Shown here piece after piece: positions 43,867 to 52,978 of a DNA stretch of 64,000 bases. The notes below the pieces were generated by a model. The model was not told the DNA's origin and ran no database searches. It worked only from the letters and a program-made list of their open reading frames with translations. Position numbers and translations under genes: made by a program. The first letter of the stretch is position 1; the number at the start of each line of letters is the position of its first letter. The DNA is from Candidatus Zixiibacteriota bacterium (GTDB taxonomy: Bacteria > RBG-13-66-14 > B26-G2 > WVWN01): NCBI GenBank assembly GCA_050117845.1, contig JASFLY010000002.1, positions 96,001-160,000 of the forward strand. The letters run 5' to 3'.

Positions 43867-45954
43867 ATGTCCATGCAGAAAGGGCCGACCCGGTATTTCT
43901 ATTACGGCGGCGCGGCGCTCGCCTTCCTCGCGCCGTTCGTCGTATACCTGATAACGCTTCCGCCCGGCCTCACCTTCGAGGACCCGCTGGAGTTCGCGCT
44001 CGGCGCCGCGACCCTCGGCGTCGACCATCCCTCGGGTTATCCGCTGGAAACCCTCGTCGGCCACCTCCTGACCTACCTCCCCGTCGGCGAAATTGCCTGG
44101 CGCATCAACGTCTCGTCGGCGCTCGCCGGCGCGCTGGCCTCGGCCTTTATCTTCCTCTTCACGTGGGAATTCCTCGCCCCCGCGGTGGAGGACGTTCGCC
44201 TGCGCGCCGCCGCGGCCTGGGCGGCGGCGGGGTGCTTCGCCCTCTCCCGGGTCTTCTGGCCCCAGGCCATAATAACGGAAGTGTACGCGCTGAACGCCGC
44301 GCTCTTCGGCGCGACGCTCTGGTGCGGCATCCGCTGTCGGGGGCGGCGCGACGTGCGATGGTTCTACGCCACGGCCTTCCTGGCGGCCCTGGCCGCGACC
44401 AACCACCCGATATCGATGGCGGCCACGGGCCCCCTGCTCGCCTACCTGTGGTTCGGCCTGCGGCGCGAGGCCGGCGGCGTGGCGCTCCTGGTCCGGGGCG
44501 CGGCGCTTTTCATACTCGGCGTATCCGTCTACCTCTACCTCCCCATCCGGTCCTTCGGCGAACCGCCCATCAACTGGGGAACGCCGGCCGACCTGCCGCG
44601 CTTCATGGAACACGTGGGCCGGAAGGAGTTCGGCACAATATACTGGCCCCGTTACCGGCACCTGGGCTCCCACGCGCTCGAGCTGGGGAGCCTCCTGCTC
44701 GCCCAGTACGGCCCGGGCGTAGGGCTGTTGGCGCTGGTCGGCATCGGGTGGCACCTTCGGAAGAAAACCCGCTTTGCCGGGATACTGACGCTGCTCGCGG
44801 CCATAACCGGCCCCGCGATGCTCTTTCCGTTGGTGGGCCTCCTGACGCCCATCCAGGTGTTCGAAATCGGCGTCTGGTACCTCGCGTTCTTTTTGGTATG
44901 CGCGCCGCTGATCGCCGGAGCCGCCGCCGCCCTGATAGGCAAGATCCGCCCCCGAGCCGTCCGGGCCGCGGCCACCGCGGCCGTCGCTTTACTGCCGGTT
45001 TACCCCGCCGCGTTCTTCTGGGCCGAAACGGGCCTGGCGGATTTCAGTTTCCCACAGGAGCACGGCCGCAACCGCCTCCGCAACTTCGACTACCGCGCCG
45101 TCCTGCTGTTCCCGTACTACGGCCGCCAGGGCCTGTGGGGGGACGCCTATTACCGCTTCGTGGAGGGCCGCCGGCGGGACGTCGCCCTCGCCGACCCGCG
45201 CAACGCCGTCCCGAGCGAGTTCGCCGCGATACGGTCCGGGCCGATATTCATCCGCGACCCCGACGCCGCCGAGAAATGGTGGTTCGGTTTCCAGGCCAAC
45301 CTTATCGCGTCCCATTCCGACCGAACGTTCTTCTTCAACGTCGGCACGGACTCCGCGCGGAATATGGGCGTTACGCTCGAGCCGTACGCGCTCCTGTACC
45401 GGGCCCGGCGACCCGGCGCGGGCGAGGTAAGCCCCGCGGCCCCATGGGATCGCTTTGAATACGCCGGCCTGCGAGCCGTCACGCCCCGCTCGGCCGCCGG
45501 GGCCAAGACCTACGACCCCACCACCTATCGCATATGGGCCCTGTACTTCGTTACGGCGGCCGAATACTGTTTCGACCGGGGCCGGGATGACGCCGCGCTA
45601 CGGAACCTGGCCGCCGCATCCCGGGCCGTCGATAAAGATCCCCGCGTAGGGCTTTTCGTCGCCTCGGTATACGCCCGCAACGGGTACCCCGAAGAAGCCA
45701 TCCCGCTTTACGAAATGGGCCTCCCCGCCGTGGAACGTTATCGCAACGACGCGGAGATGTTCCGCCGCGATTACACCTCCTATATGGCGGAAATAACGAT
45801 GGCGTACCTGAGGGCCGGCGACGTGGAGGGCGCCCGACCCTATTTCGACGAAGCGGCCGCGCTGTTCCCCGATAAGTACGGCCCCGAAGCCGGCGTGACG
45901 CTGGAAAAATTGGCCGCTATGGTGGAGGAACGCCGGGTAATCGAGGGCGAATAA
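43867..45954 (+). CDS. DUF2723 / TMEM260-like GT-C membrane protein with C-terminal TPR
   Basis: YLITLPPGLTFEDPLEF...LGVDHPSGYPL, WPQAIITEVYAL, TNH and YLYLPIRS...PINWG motifs. Confidence 0.88.
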   Translation: MSMQKGPTRYFYYGGAALAFLAPFVVYLITLPPGLTFEDPLEFALGAATLGVDHPSGYPLETLVGHLLTYLPVGEIAWRINVSSALAGALASAFIFLFTWEFLAPAVEDVRLRAAAAWAAAGCFALSRVFWPQAIITEVYALNAALFGATLWCGIRCRGRRDVRWFYATAFLAALAATNHPISMAATGPLLAYLWFGLRREAGGVALLVRGAALFILGVSVYLYLPIRSFGEPPINWGTPADLPRFMEHVGRKEFGTIYWPRYRHLGSHALELGSLLLAQYGPGVGLLALVGIGWHLRKKTRFAGILTLLAAITGPAMLFPLVGLLTPIQVFEIGVWYLAFFLVCAPLIAGAAAALIGKIRPRAVRAAATAAVALLPVYPAAFFWAETGLADFSFPQEHGRNRLRNFDYRAVLLFPYYGRQGLWGDAYYRFVEGRRRDVALADPRNAVPSEFAAIRSGPIFIRDPDAAEKWWFGFQANLIASHSDRTFFFNVGTDSARNMGVTLEPYALLYRARRPGAGEVSPAAPWDRFEYAGLRAVTPRSAAGAKTYDPTTYRIWALYFVTAAEYCFDRGRDDAALRNLAAASRAVDKDPRVGLFVASVYARNGYPEEAIPLYEMGLPAVERYRNDAEMFRRDYTSYMAEITMAYLRAGDVEGARPYFDEAAALFPDKYGPEAGVTLEKLAAMVEERRVIEGE

Positions 45955-46002
45955 AGGCTCGGCCTCCGCCCGGAGGGCAAAAGCCCGGCTCCCCCCAACC
46001 CC

Positions 46003-46031
46003 TTGACTCCGGTAACAAGCCGAGATATACT
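46003..46031 (+). promoter_or_regulatory. Putative sigma70 promoter
   Basis: TTGACT-17 bp-TATACT. Confidence 0.55.
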
Positions 46032-46075
46032 AATACCGGTCAAAGCCCACGGGAGATCGACGAGGGTAGGGGTTT

Positions 46076-48586
46076 ATGGGTAGTATCTCCAAACTAGCTA
46101 TCACAGCCGTGATGCTTTATGGAACGGCCGTCATCGCCGCAACGCCGGGCGACGGCCGTTCGGCGTTTACGGCGGGCGACGGCCGGTCGGCGTTTACGGC
46201 GGGGCCGGACGCCGCGGCGCAATTCCGCATATGCGCGTGGGGGGATTCGCGCTACGGCGGTTTCCCCGTCTATAACTTCGATACCGCTTCCGGGAACTTC
46301 CGTATCTGGTACGTCCTCGACGGCCAAAACGCCATCGAGGATCAAAACGATACGAACAGCAACGGCGTTCCCGACGTCATCGAGCGGATAGGGGCGGATT
46401 GGGAATACACCTATAAGCAATCTTACGACCACAAATGGTTCTACCACCCCGACCCGAACGAAAGCCGGTACCTGCCCGTCCGCGACTATTACGCGGGGCT
46501 GGGGTGGCCGGCCGAGAACGAGGATTACGGCGGCGACAACCGTTGGGACGTATACCTCGGCAACATCGCCAGCGGCATACTGGGCGTTTCGTACGCCGTC
46601 GGCCCTTTCCCGGAGTCCGAACGGGTTTGTTACTCCGCTTATTTCAACATGGATAACGAATACGTCGAAGGCGAAACGGTCAAAGCCGTCGTCGACTTAT
46701 GGGGAATCGCGTTGACTTATATGTTCGACGCCGCGGAGACCAGCGATACGCCGCGGCCCCGGTGGATGGTTACGGCCACCGGGGGATGGATATCCGAAAA
46801 CTTCGTCCCCCAGGGAGCGCCCGGCGAAGCCTATTTCGCCACTCTGCTACGAGACACGCTAACGCCCCTGACCGAGGCCGGTACGCCCTTCGTATTTTTC
46901 CTTGAAGATTGGGTCGACCGGTACTGGGAGCCGCCGGCGTGGAAGGTCGTTAACGACGACCCCGTGGTCAAGCTCTTCTGGCGGGCTACGTCCCGCGGGG
47001 ACGGGTGGTATTCCGCCGAACCGGGGACGACCCGCTCGTCGGAGGAAGCCCTCTCGTACCTGATGGAGTATTACAACCAGGCCGACGCGTATATCCCGGA
47101 CCGGGGCTTCCCCGAATCCTTCGAACTCTTCACCGTCTGGAACTGGTTCACCGGCGGCCGCGACGACGGCTTTCATTACGGAAGCGGCTCAAACTATCTG
47201 GAACTGACCCCCCAGAATACCTGGATCGATTATCCCGTGACCTCCTACCGCCCCTCGGAGACGATGAATTACCTCGGCGCCGGTTACTACCGTTTCGACT
47301 CGCCGCCCGCCTGGGAGGCCGCGGCCTTCTCGTTTCGGGCGGACGAGGCCAATCCCGCGGCCTCGAAAGACTGGGGCGGTCAAATACTCGTCAGCAAGGA
47401 CAGTACGACCTGGACCGACCTGACGGGAGAACCGGGCCTCGCGTCGGCGATATTCACGCCGCAGGACAAGGGTATCGTACGCATACCGGACCCGTCACAC
47501 TACGAATCCATCGTGGCCGTCGTCAGTTGCACGGCGTACGACGGAGCGGAACTCGGCTTCGAATACAGCTTCGTCGAGGCCGATGACGCCCGGCCGCCGA
47601 ACGTGTCGACGGCCCTGGTCCGGCCTCAGGCGTACCCCTGCGCCCTCGAAATCCTCCTGGGAGGAGACGAGGAACTGTTCGGGGCCGAAGCCGAGGTCTA
47701 TTTCCTCGACGAGCGCGAAGAGGCCGGGACCCGCGTCCGCCTCGGATTGGACGGCACCCCCACGGCGTTCACCTTCACCGGGACTTACACCCTGGCCCCC
47801 GGCAGTCGGGGCGACGGCACCGTCTCCTGGCGGGCGGCGGATCTGGCGGGAAACGTCTCCTCCGGCGAAAAGGCCTTCAGCGCCGGCTACGTCTCCGCCG
47901 CCGGCGGTTCCGTGGGCGGGAAAGACGCTTCCCTCAAGCTCCCGGCGGGCGCCGTGGCCGACGCGACGCTGTTCGTCGTCGCGGCATCCGGAAACGAACC
48001 CGCCCCAACCGTGGCCGGCCCCGTGAACGGCGGCTCTCCGCCAACCGTCGTCGGGCCGACCTATTCGTTCGGACCCGCGTGGACACGGTTCAGCCGGCCG
48101 GCCGAAATCGCTCTCTCGTACGACGGCCTGAACGTAACGCGGGAAGGCCACCTTTCGGTCTACCGCTGGAACGGGACCGAGTGGGAAGACCTCGGCGGCG
48201 TAATCGACAAGCGGGGCCGCCGGGTCGTCGCGACGACCGATCGTCTGGGCGCCTTCGCCGTCGGTTACGGCGACGCCAAGGTTTCCGCCCACCCGGCCGG
48301 CTTGCCCGTGGCCTTTACGCTGTATCAAAATTACCCCAACCCGGCCCGAGGCCGTACTACCGTAAAATACTCGCTTCCGGCGGCCGCCGAAGTAGAACTC
48401 GCGCTGTACGACGTCAGCGGCCGGCGCGTGGCGACGCCCCTTCGCGGCCCGCGAAACTGCGGCGTTTACGAGGTCGACTTCGAGCTGGTGGACGAATCCG
48501 GGCGGCCCCTCCCGGCCGGAGTATTCCTCTACCGCCTGCGCGCCGGGGCCGACGCCGCCGTGCGGAAGCTCGTCGTGACGTATTGA
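46076..48586 (+). CDS. Secreted protein: MXAN_6640-like (degenerate) metalloprotease domain plus T9SS-type C-terminal domain
   Basis: Signal peptide; DTNSNGVPDVIE and YGGDNRWDVY; C-terminal PVAFTLYQNYPNP...LYDVSGRRV...AGVFLYRL...RKLVV. Confidence 0.8.
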   Translation: MGSISKLAITAVMLYGTAVIAATPGDGRSAFTAGDGRSAFTAGPDAAAQFRICAWGDSRYGGFPVYNFDTASGNFRIWYVLDGQNAIEDQNDTNSNGVPDVIERIGADWEYTYKQSYDHKWFYHPDPNESRYLPVRDYYAGLGWPAENEDYGGDNRWDVYLGNIASGILGVSYAVGPFPESERVCYSAYFNMDNEYVEGETVKAVVDLWGIALTYMFDAAETSDTPRPRWMVTATGGWISENFVPQGAPGEAYFATLLRDTLTPLTEAGTPFVFFLEDWVDRYWEPPAWKVVNDDPVVKLFWRATSRGDGWYSAEPGTTRSSEEALSYLMEYYNQADAYIPDRGFPESFELFTVWNWFTGGRDDGFHYGSGSNYLELTPQNTWIDYPVTSYRPSETMNYLGAGYYRFDSPPAWEAAAFSFRADEANPAASKDWGGQILVSKDSTTWTDLTGEPGLASAIFTPQDKGIVRIPDPSHYESIVAVVSCTAYDGAELGFEYSFVEADDARPPNVSTALVRPQAYPCALEILLGGDEELFGAEAEVYFLDEREEAGTRVRLGLDGTPTAFTFTGTYTLAPGSRGDGTVSWRAADLAGNVSSGEKAFSAGYVSAAGGSVGGKDASLKLPAGAVADATLFVVAASGNEPAPTVAGPVNGGSPPTVVGPTYSFGPAWTRFSRPAEIALSYDGLNVTREGHLSVYRWNGTEWEDLGGVIDKRGRRVVATTDRLGAFAVGYGDAKVSAHPAGLPVAFTLYQNYPNPARGRTTVKYSLPAAAEVELALYDVSGRRVATPLRGPRNCGVYEVDFELVDESGRPLPAGVFLYRLRAGADAAVRKLVVTY
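46147..46200 (+). repeat. 27-bp in-frame tandem duplication (GDGRSAFTA x2)
   Basis: GGGCGACGGCCG(T/G)TCGGCGTTTACGGC twice, one mismatch. Confidence 0.9.
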
Positions 48587-48604
48587 TCCCCGGGAAACCC
48601 CGAC

Positions 48605-48635
48605 GAAAACCGCCCCCCCAGGGCGGTATTTTTCT
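48605..48635 (+). terminator. Putative intrinsic terminator
   Basis: ACCGCCC-CCCA-GGGCGGT followed by ATTTTTC. Confidence 0.65.
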
Positions 48636-48710
48636 CGCCGGCGCAGGCTGGAATATCGGGATAAATATTGATACGCCCTTTCTTTTGTGGTAATTTAATA
48701 TAGAGAGAAA

Positions 48711-49097
48711 GTGTACAAATATAGTTTTTATAAGCACCTGCGGACTCTGGCAATCCTGGCGGGCGGCTTGGCCGTCGCCGCCGCCTCGGCCGAGGACCTC
48801 GAATTCCACGCATATCCCAATCCGTTCACGGCCGGATACGAAGAAGCGAATATATTTTACCGCCTTCCGGCCAAGGGGACCGTTTCGATATACGTCTATG
48901 ACGTCGAAGGGGACCACGTCCTCACCGTGGCCGACCGCATCGAAAGGATAAGGGGAAGGCATAACGGCCAGGACACGTGGGACGGCCGCGACGAAAGCGG
49001 GGAATTCGTGCCGTCGGGGCCGTACCTCCTGATCATAGAGGTACTCATCGAAGACGAGCGTTTTAGAGAATCATTCATTCTGGTAGCCGAGAGGTAA
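48711..49097 (+). CDS. Stand-alone FlgD-Ig / T9SS-CTD-like protein
   Basis: Signal peptide, then AYPNPF...IYVYDVEG...WDGRDESGEFVPSGPYL. Confidence 0.8.
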   Translation: MYKYSFYKHLRTLAILAGGLAVAAASAEDLEFHAYPNPFTAGYEEANIFYRLPAKGTVSIYVYDVEGDHVLTVADRIERIRGRHNGQDTWDGRDESGEFVPSGPYLLIIEVLIEDERFRESFILVAER

Positions 49098-49127
49098 GCG
49101 TCGGCCGGTTCGGCCGCCGGCCGCAAG

Positions 49128-50861
49128 ATGTCCTTGAAAGTCAAATTCCCATTGCTGGCGTTCATACTACCCTGTTACCTCGCGGCGGCCAGCGGGGCGC
49201 ACGCCGGCCGTGTAGAACTTGCGGACGCCCGAACCGCGGCGCTGGGCGGCGGCCCGGCCATAGATTCGGGGTTTTACGCCCTGGGGACCAATCCCGCCGT
49301 CCTGTACGGCCTGACGCACATGCAATTCACTTTCGACCATCGCATCTACCCGACGCCCAACGCCGCCCGGGAAACCGTCGGGGCCGCCTTTCCCCTGGGC
49401 TCGTACGGCACCGTCGCCGGGGGTTTCGGGACCGTCCGCGTCGGCGGCATCGAACGCTACTCCCCGGGCAACGAGCCCCTCGGCGAGTACGTCTACCACG
49501 ACGACCTGATAACCGCCGGGTACGGCGTCGGCGTGACCCGGTGGCTGGCCGTGGGCGGCGCCTTCAACTACGGCCGCTCGCTGACGTCGCCCGACAACGT
49601 ATTCACGTCGGTGGGCGCGGACGCGGGCGCGTATTTCCGGCCCCTCGGCGCCGAATCCTCGCTCGAAAACACGGTGGGGACGGTGGCGCTGGCGCTGAAC
49701 GTCAAGAACATCTTCGCCACCCAGCGGGAGGTATACACCGGCGACTATCGCGAACCCGCGCGGCTTTCGCTCGGGGCGCTCTGGGGCCGGGAGTTGGGAC
49801 GCTACCGGCTGGGCCTGACGCTGGGCGTCCCGACCTACGAGCCAGAGCTGACGGGCCTGGGTTGCGAATTCGTATTGGCCGAAACGGTGGCCGGCAGGGT
49901 GGGCGTATCCGGGTCGCACCCGTCCGCCGGCGTCGGCGTCAGCACCAACCTCTTCTCTTTCGACTACTGCTACGCGACGCGTGAAAACGGCGCCTCCCAC
50001 TACTTCACGGTTTCGGTCAATCCCGGGCGGGACATTCACGGCCGGGGGGAACGACGCCGCCAGACAGAGAAGTGGCTGGCCGAGGGGCGGAGTTACTTCG
50101 AGGCCGGCAACTACGAGTTGGCCGCCGAACGCTTCGCCAACGCGCTGGAGTGGGACCCGCGCAACGACATCGCCCGCCAATACTGGATCCGGGCGAAGTA
50201 CCACATGTACATGGCCGAGGGCGAGGCCTACGTTTCCCAGGGGAAATGGGACGAGGCGCGGCGCGCCTACCGCGGCGCGTTGGTGGTCGTCCCCGACGAT
50301 TTCCTGGCCCAGGAATCGCTGGGCCGGGTGGACCAGCTCGAGGAGCAGGAGAAAGCCCGGCTCGCCGAAGAGCAACGCATAGCGGACCTAATGGCCCAGG
50401 CCGAGGATTACCGCCGGCGCGGCGCCTACCGTCAGGCCATCAACGTATGCGAACAAATCCTGGCCGACCACCCCGACCACGCCGAGGCCCGCAAACTCGC
50501 CAACCAGGCCCGCGCCCTGCTCGCGGCGGCGACGTCCAAAACCGTCGAACCGGTAAAGGCGCCCGAAATCACGCCCGAGGCCATCGAGCAGTACCGCGAG
50601 GCCAGCCGCGCCTTCAGCCGGGGCGCCGTGGGCGAGGCCGTGCGCTCGCTCGAAGACGTCGTAATGCGCTATCCGGACTACGCGCCCGCCCGCGCGAAGC
50701 TTGTCGAGGCCTACCTGTATCAGGGCCTGGATTTCTACTCCAAGGGGTCCCTCGCGGCGGCCGTACGCGTTTGGGGTCGCGGCCTGGCGCTCGACCCCGG
50801 GAACGAGAAGCTAACCCGGTACATACGCAAGGCGGAAGTCGAAATCGACCAAATCCGGTAA
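49128..50861 (+). CDS. PorV/PorQ-like beta-barrel fused to TPR repeats
   Basis: DARTAALGG...NPAVL; beta strands to FDYCY...HYFTVSV; then multiple TPRs. Confidence 0.78.
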   Translation: MSLKVKFPLLAFILPCYLAAASGAHAGRVELADARTAALGGGPAIDSGFYALGTNPAVLYGLTHMQFTFDHRIYPTPNAARETVGAAFPLGSYGTVAGGFGTVRVGGIERYSPGNEPLGEYVYHDDLITAGYGVGVTRWLAVGGAFNYGRSLTSPDNVFTSVGADAGAYFRPLGAESSLENTVGTVALALNVKNIFATQREVYTGDYREPARLSLGALWGRELGRYRLGLTLGVPTYEPELTGLGCEFVLAETVAGRVGVSGSHPSAGVGVSTNLFSFDYCYATRENGASHYFTVSVNPGRDIHGRGERRRQTEKWLAEGRSYFEAGNYELAAERFANALEWDPRNDIARQYWIRAKYHMYMAEGEAYVSQGKWDEARRAYRGALVVVPDDFLAQESLGRVDQLEEQEKARLAEEQRIADLMAQAEDYRRRGAYRQAINVCEQILADHPDHAEARKLANQARALLAAATSKTVEPVKAPEITPEAIEQYREASRAFSRGAVGEAVRSLEDVVMRYPDYAPARAKLVEAYLYQGLDFYSKGSLAAAVRVWGRGLALDPGNEKLTRYIRKAEVEIDQIR

Positions 50862-50919
50862 GGGGCGGCGCCGTTCCCGCGCCCCGGGCCGGTATTAAAG
50901 GTGGTCTTGTCCTAATACG

Positions 50920-52512
50920 ATGCAGAAATTAAAGAACGTACTCTTCTCGGTGCGGACCATGGCGGCCGGCGTGGCGGTGCTTTTCGTCGTAACGCTCGTC
51001 GGCGTTACCGGGTTTATAGTAATCCGGCACGAGAGGCTGGCCCTGACCCGGGAGGTGGAGCTCCGCGTCCTTTCGCAGGCCCGGAGCATCGCGGCCTCCT
51101 CGGAACGGACCATGCTCGAGCCCGACCCGGAACTCACCTTCCAGAAGCTCTTGCGGGAAATGATGTCCCGCGACCCGGACATAGAAAGCATCATCGTCGT
51201 CGACGCCGATGACGTAATCCTCGCCCACCCGGAAGTAATCAAAATCGGCACGGCCTACGTCGGGCCCACGGGCCTCGTCTACGTTGCCGACCTCGACTAC
51301 CTAGACCCGGACGAAACCGTGGCCGAGGGCGAGGACGTCTTCCTGGTGCAGGCGCCCATCAAGCGGACCTACGAGGGAGAAGTCTCCACCATAGGCCGCG
51401 TCTACATCCGCTCGTCCAAGGGTAAAATCGAAAAGGCCATCGTCTCGGCCCGCGTCCAGATAATCGCCATCGGCGCGATCGTAAGCGTCCTGGGCAGCGT
51501 GGTCGCGGTCCTGCTTTCGGGGTTCATCACCACGCCCATAAAGAAGCTGGCCGTCGGCGCCCGGCGCATCGGCGAGGGGGACCTCACGGTCCGCGTGAAA
51601 GGGGGAGGCCACGGCGAAATAGGCCAACTCGCCGCCACCCTCAACGAGATGACCGAACGTCTCTCCACCGCCCGCGAACAGATAGTCGAGAAGGAGCGGA
51701 TGTCGAAGGAGCTCGAAATCGCCCGCGGCATCCAACAGAGTCTGTTGCCCACGACATTCCCGGACGTGCCGTCGGTGGAAGTGGCCGCGGCCTGCGAGAG
51801 CGCCACCGAGGTCGGCGGCGACTACTTCGACCTTATAACCATCGACAACCGCCGCATAGGCGTCGTCATCGCAGACGTATCGGGCAAGGGCGTCCCCGGC
51901 CTACTCGTCATGGGCGTCGCCCGCAACGTCATCCGCGCCCAGGCCCGCCAGCACCTCTCGCCGCGTGAGGTCCTCATCCGGGCCAACGACATCATCGCGC
52001 CCGACATCCACCGCGGCATGTTCGTCACCGTGCTCTACGGCGTTCTCGACGTCGAGCGCCGGGCGTTCAACTTCGCCAACGCCGGCCATAACCCGCTCAT
52101 AATCCTCAAGCGCAGCGGGCCGGTGCCGTACGAGATAATAAAAACCCAGGGCCGGCCGGTCGGCTTCATGGCCGGGTCGTTCTTCGACGACCGCCTCGAG
52201 GAGACCTCCATCGCCGTCGAGGAGGGCGACACCATCTTCGCCTACACCGACGGCATCATGGACGCCATGAATCAGAACGACGACGAGTTCGGCATGGACC
52301 GGGTTATAGAAACGCTAACCGAGAAGCGCGCCGCGCCGGTGCAGGAGATAGCCGACACCCTGCTCGCCCGCATCAACGATTTCGCGGGCGACCGGGCCCA
52401 GACCGACGACATGACGCTGCTCGCCATCGCTCTCAAATCGACCGAGGCGCCGACCGAAATCCCCCCGCCCACCGGCGAGGGCGCCGTGGTTTCCGGCCGG
52501 CCGGACGCCTAA
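50920..52512 (+). CDS. Membrane HAMP-PP2C (SpoIIE/RsbU-like) phosphatase
   Basis: Two TM segments and a HAMP domain; ELEIARGIQQSLLP, EVGGDYFD, DVSGKGVP, NAGH, YTDG and DDMT motifs. Confidence 0.95.
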   Translation: MQKLKNVLFSVRTMAAGVAVLFVVTLVGVTGFIVIRHERLALTREVELRVLSQARSIAASSERTMLEPDPELTFQKLLREMMSRDPDIESIIVVDADDVILAHPEVIKIGTAYVGPTGLVYVADLDYLDPDETVAEGEDVFLVQAPIKRTYEGEVSTIGRVYIRSSKGKIEKAIVSARVQIIAIGAIVSVLGSVVAVLLSGFITTPIKKLAVGARRIGEGDLTVRVKGGGHGEIGQLAATLNEMTERLSTAREQIVEKERMSKELEIARGIQQSLLPTTFPDVPSVEVAAACESATEVGGDYFDLITIDNRRIGVVIADVSGKGVPGLLVMGVARNVIRAQARQHLSPREVLIRANDIIAPDIHRGMFVTVLYGVLDVERRAFNFANAGHNPLIILKRSGPVPYEIIKTQGRPVGFMAGSFFDDRLEETSIAVEEGDTIFAYTDGIMDAMNQNDDEFGMDRVIETLTEKRAAPVQEIADTLLARINDFAGDRAQTDDMTLLAIALKSTEAPTEIPPPTGEGAVVSGRPDA

Positions 52513-52528
52513 GCGCACGCCCGACGAT

Positions 52529-52966
52529 ATGGCCGAAAGGGAATACCAATTCCGCATTAGAAGCCAGGTCTCCCAGCTGGAGAAGGTCCGGAAGTGGGCC
52601 GCCTACATCGCCCGGGCCCTCGGCTTCGCGGAGCGCGCCGTCTTCGAAATCGAACTCTCGATCTACGAGGCCTGCGCCAACGTCATCGAACACGCGTACT
52701 CGAACGACCCCGGCAACTACATCGACGTCAAGATAGCGGTGGAGTTGGACCGTCTTATAGTAACCATTCGGGACGAGGGAGGCGCTTTCCAGACGTCGGA
52801 GTTAAAAGAAAAAGATATCGCCAGGATTATCGAAACCGAACAGGACGGCGGCCTCGGCATGCACATTATCGAGGCCTGCATGGACGAGATACTTTACCGG
52901 CGTCAGGGCCGGACCAACATTCTCGAGCTCGTAAAGTACCTGCCGCGCGTGGCGCACGCGCCTTAA
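52529..52966 (+). CDS. Anti-sigma/serine kinase (RsbW-like HATPase)
   Basis: EACANVIEHAY, IRDEG and GGLGMHII motifs. Confidence 0.92.
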   Translation: MAEREYQFRIRSQVSQLEKVRKWAAYIARALGFAERAVFEIELSIYEACANVIEHAYSNDPGNYIDVKIAVELDRLIVTIRDEGGAFQTSELKEKDIARIIETEQDGGLGMHIIEACMDEILYRRQGRTNILELVKYLPRVAHAP

Positions 52967-52978
52967 AGCAATAAGACC

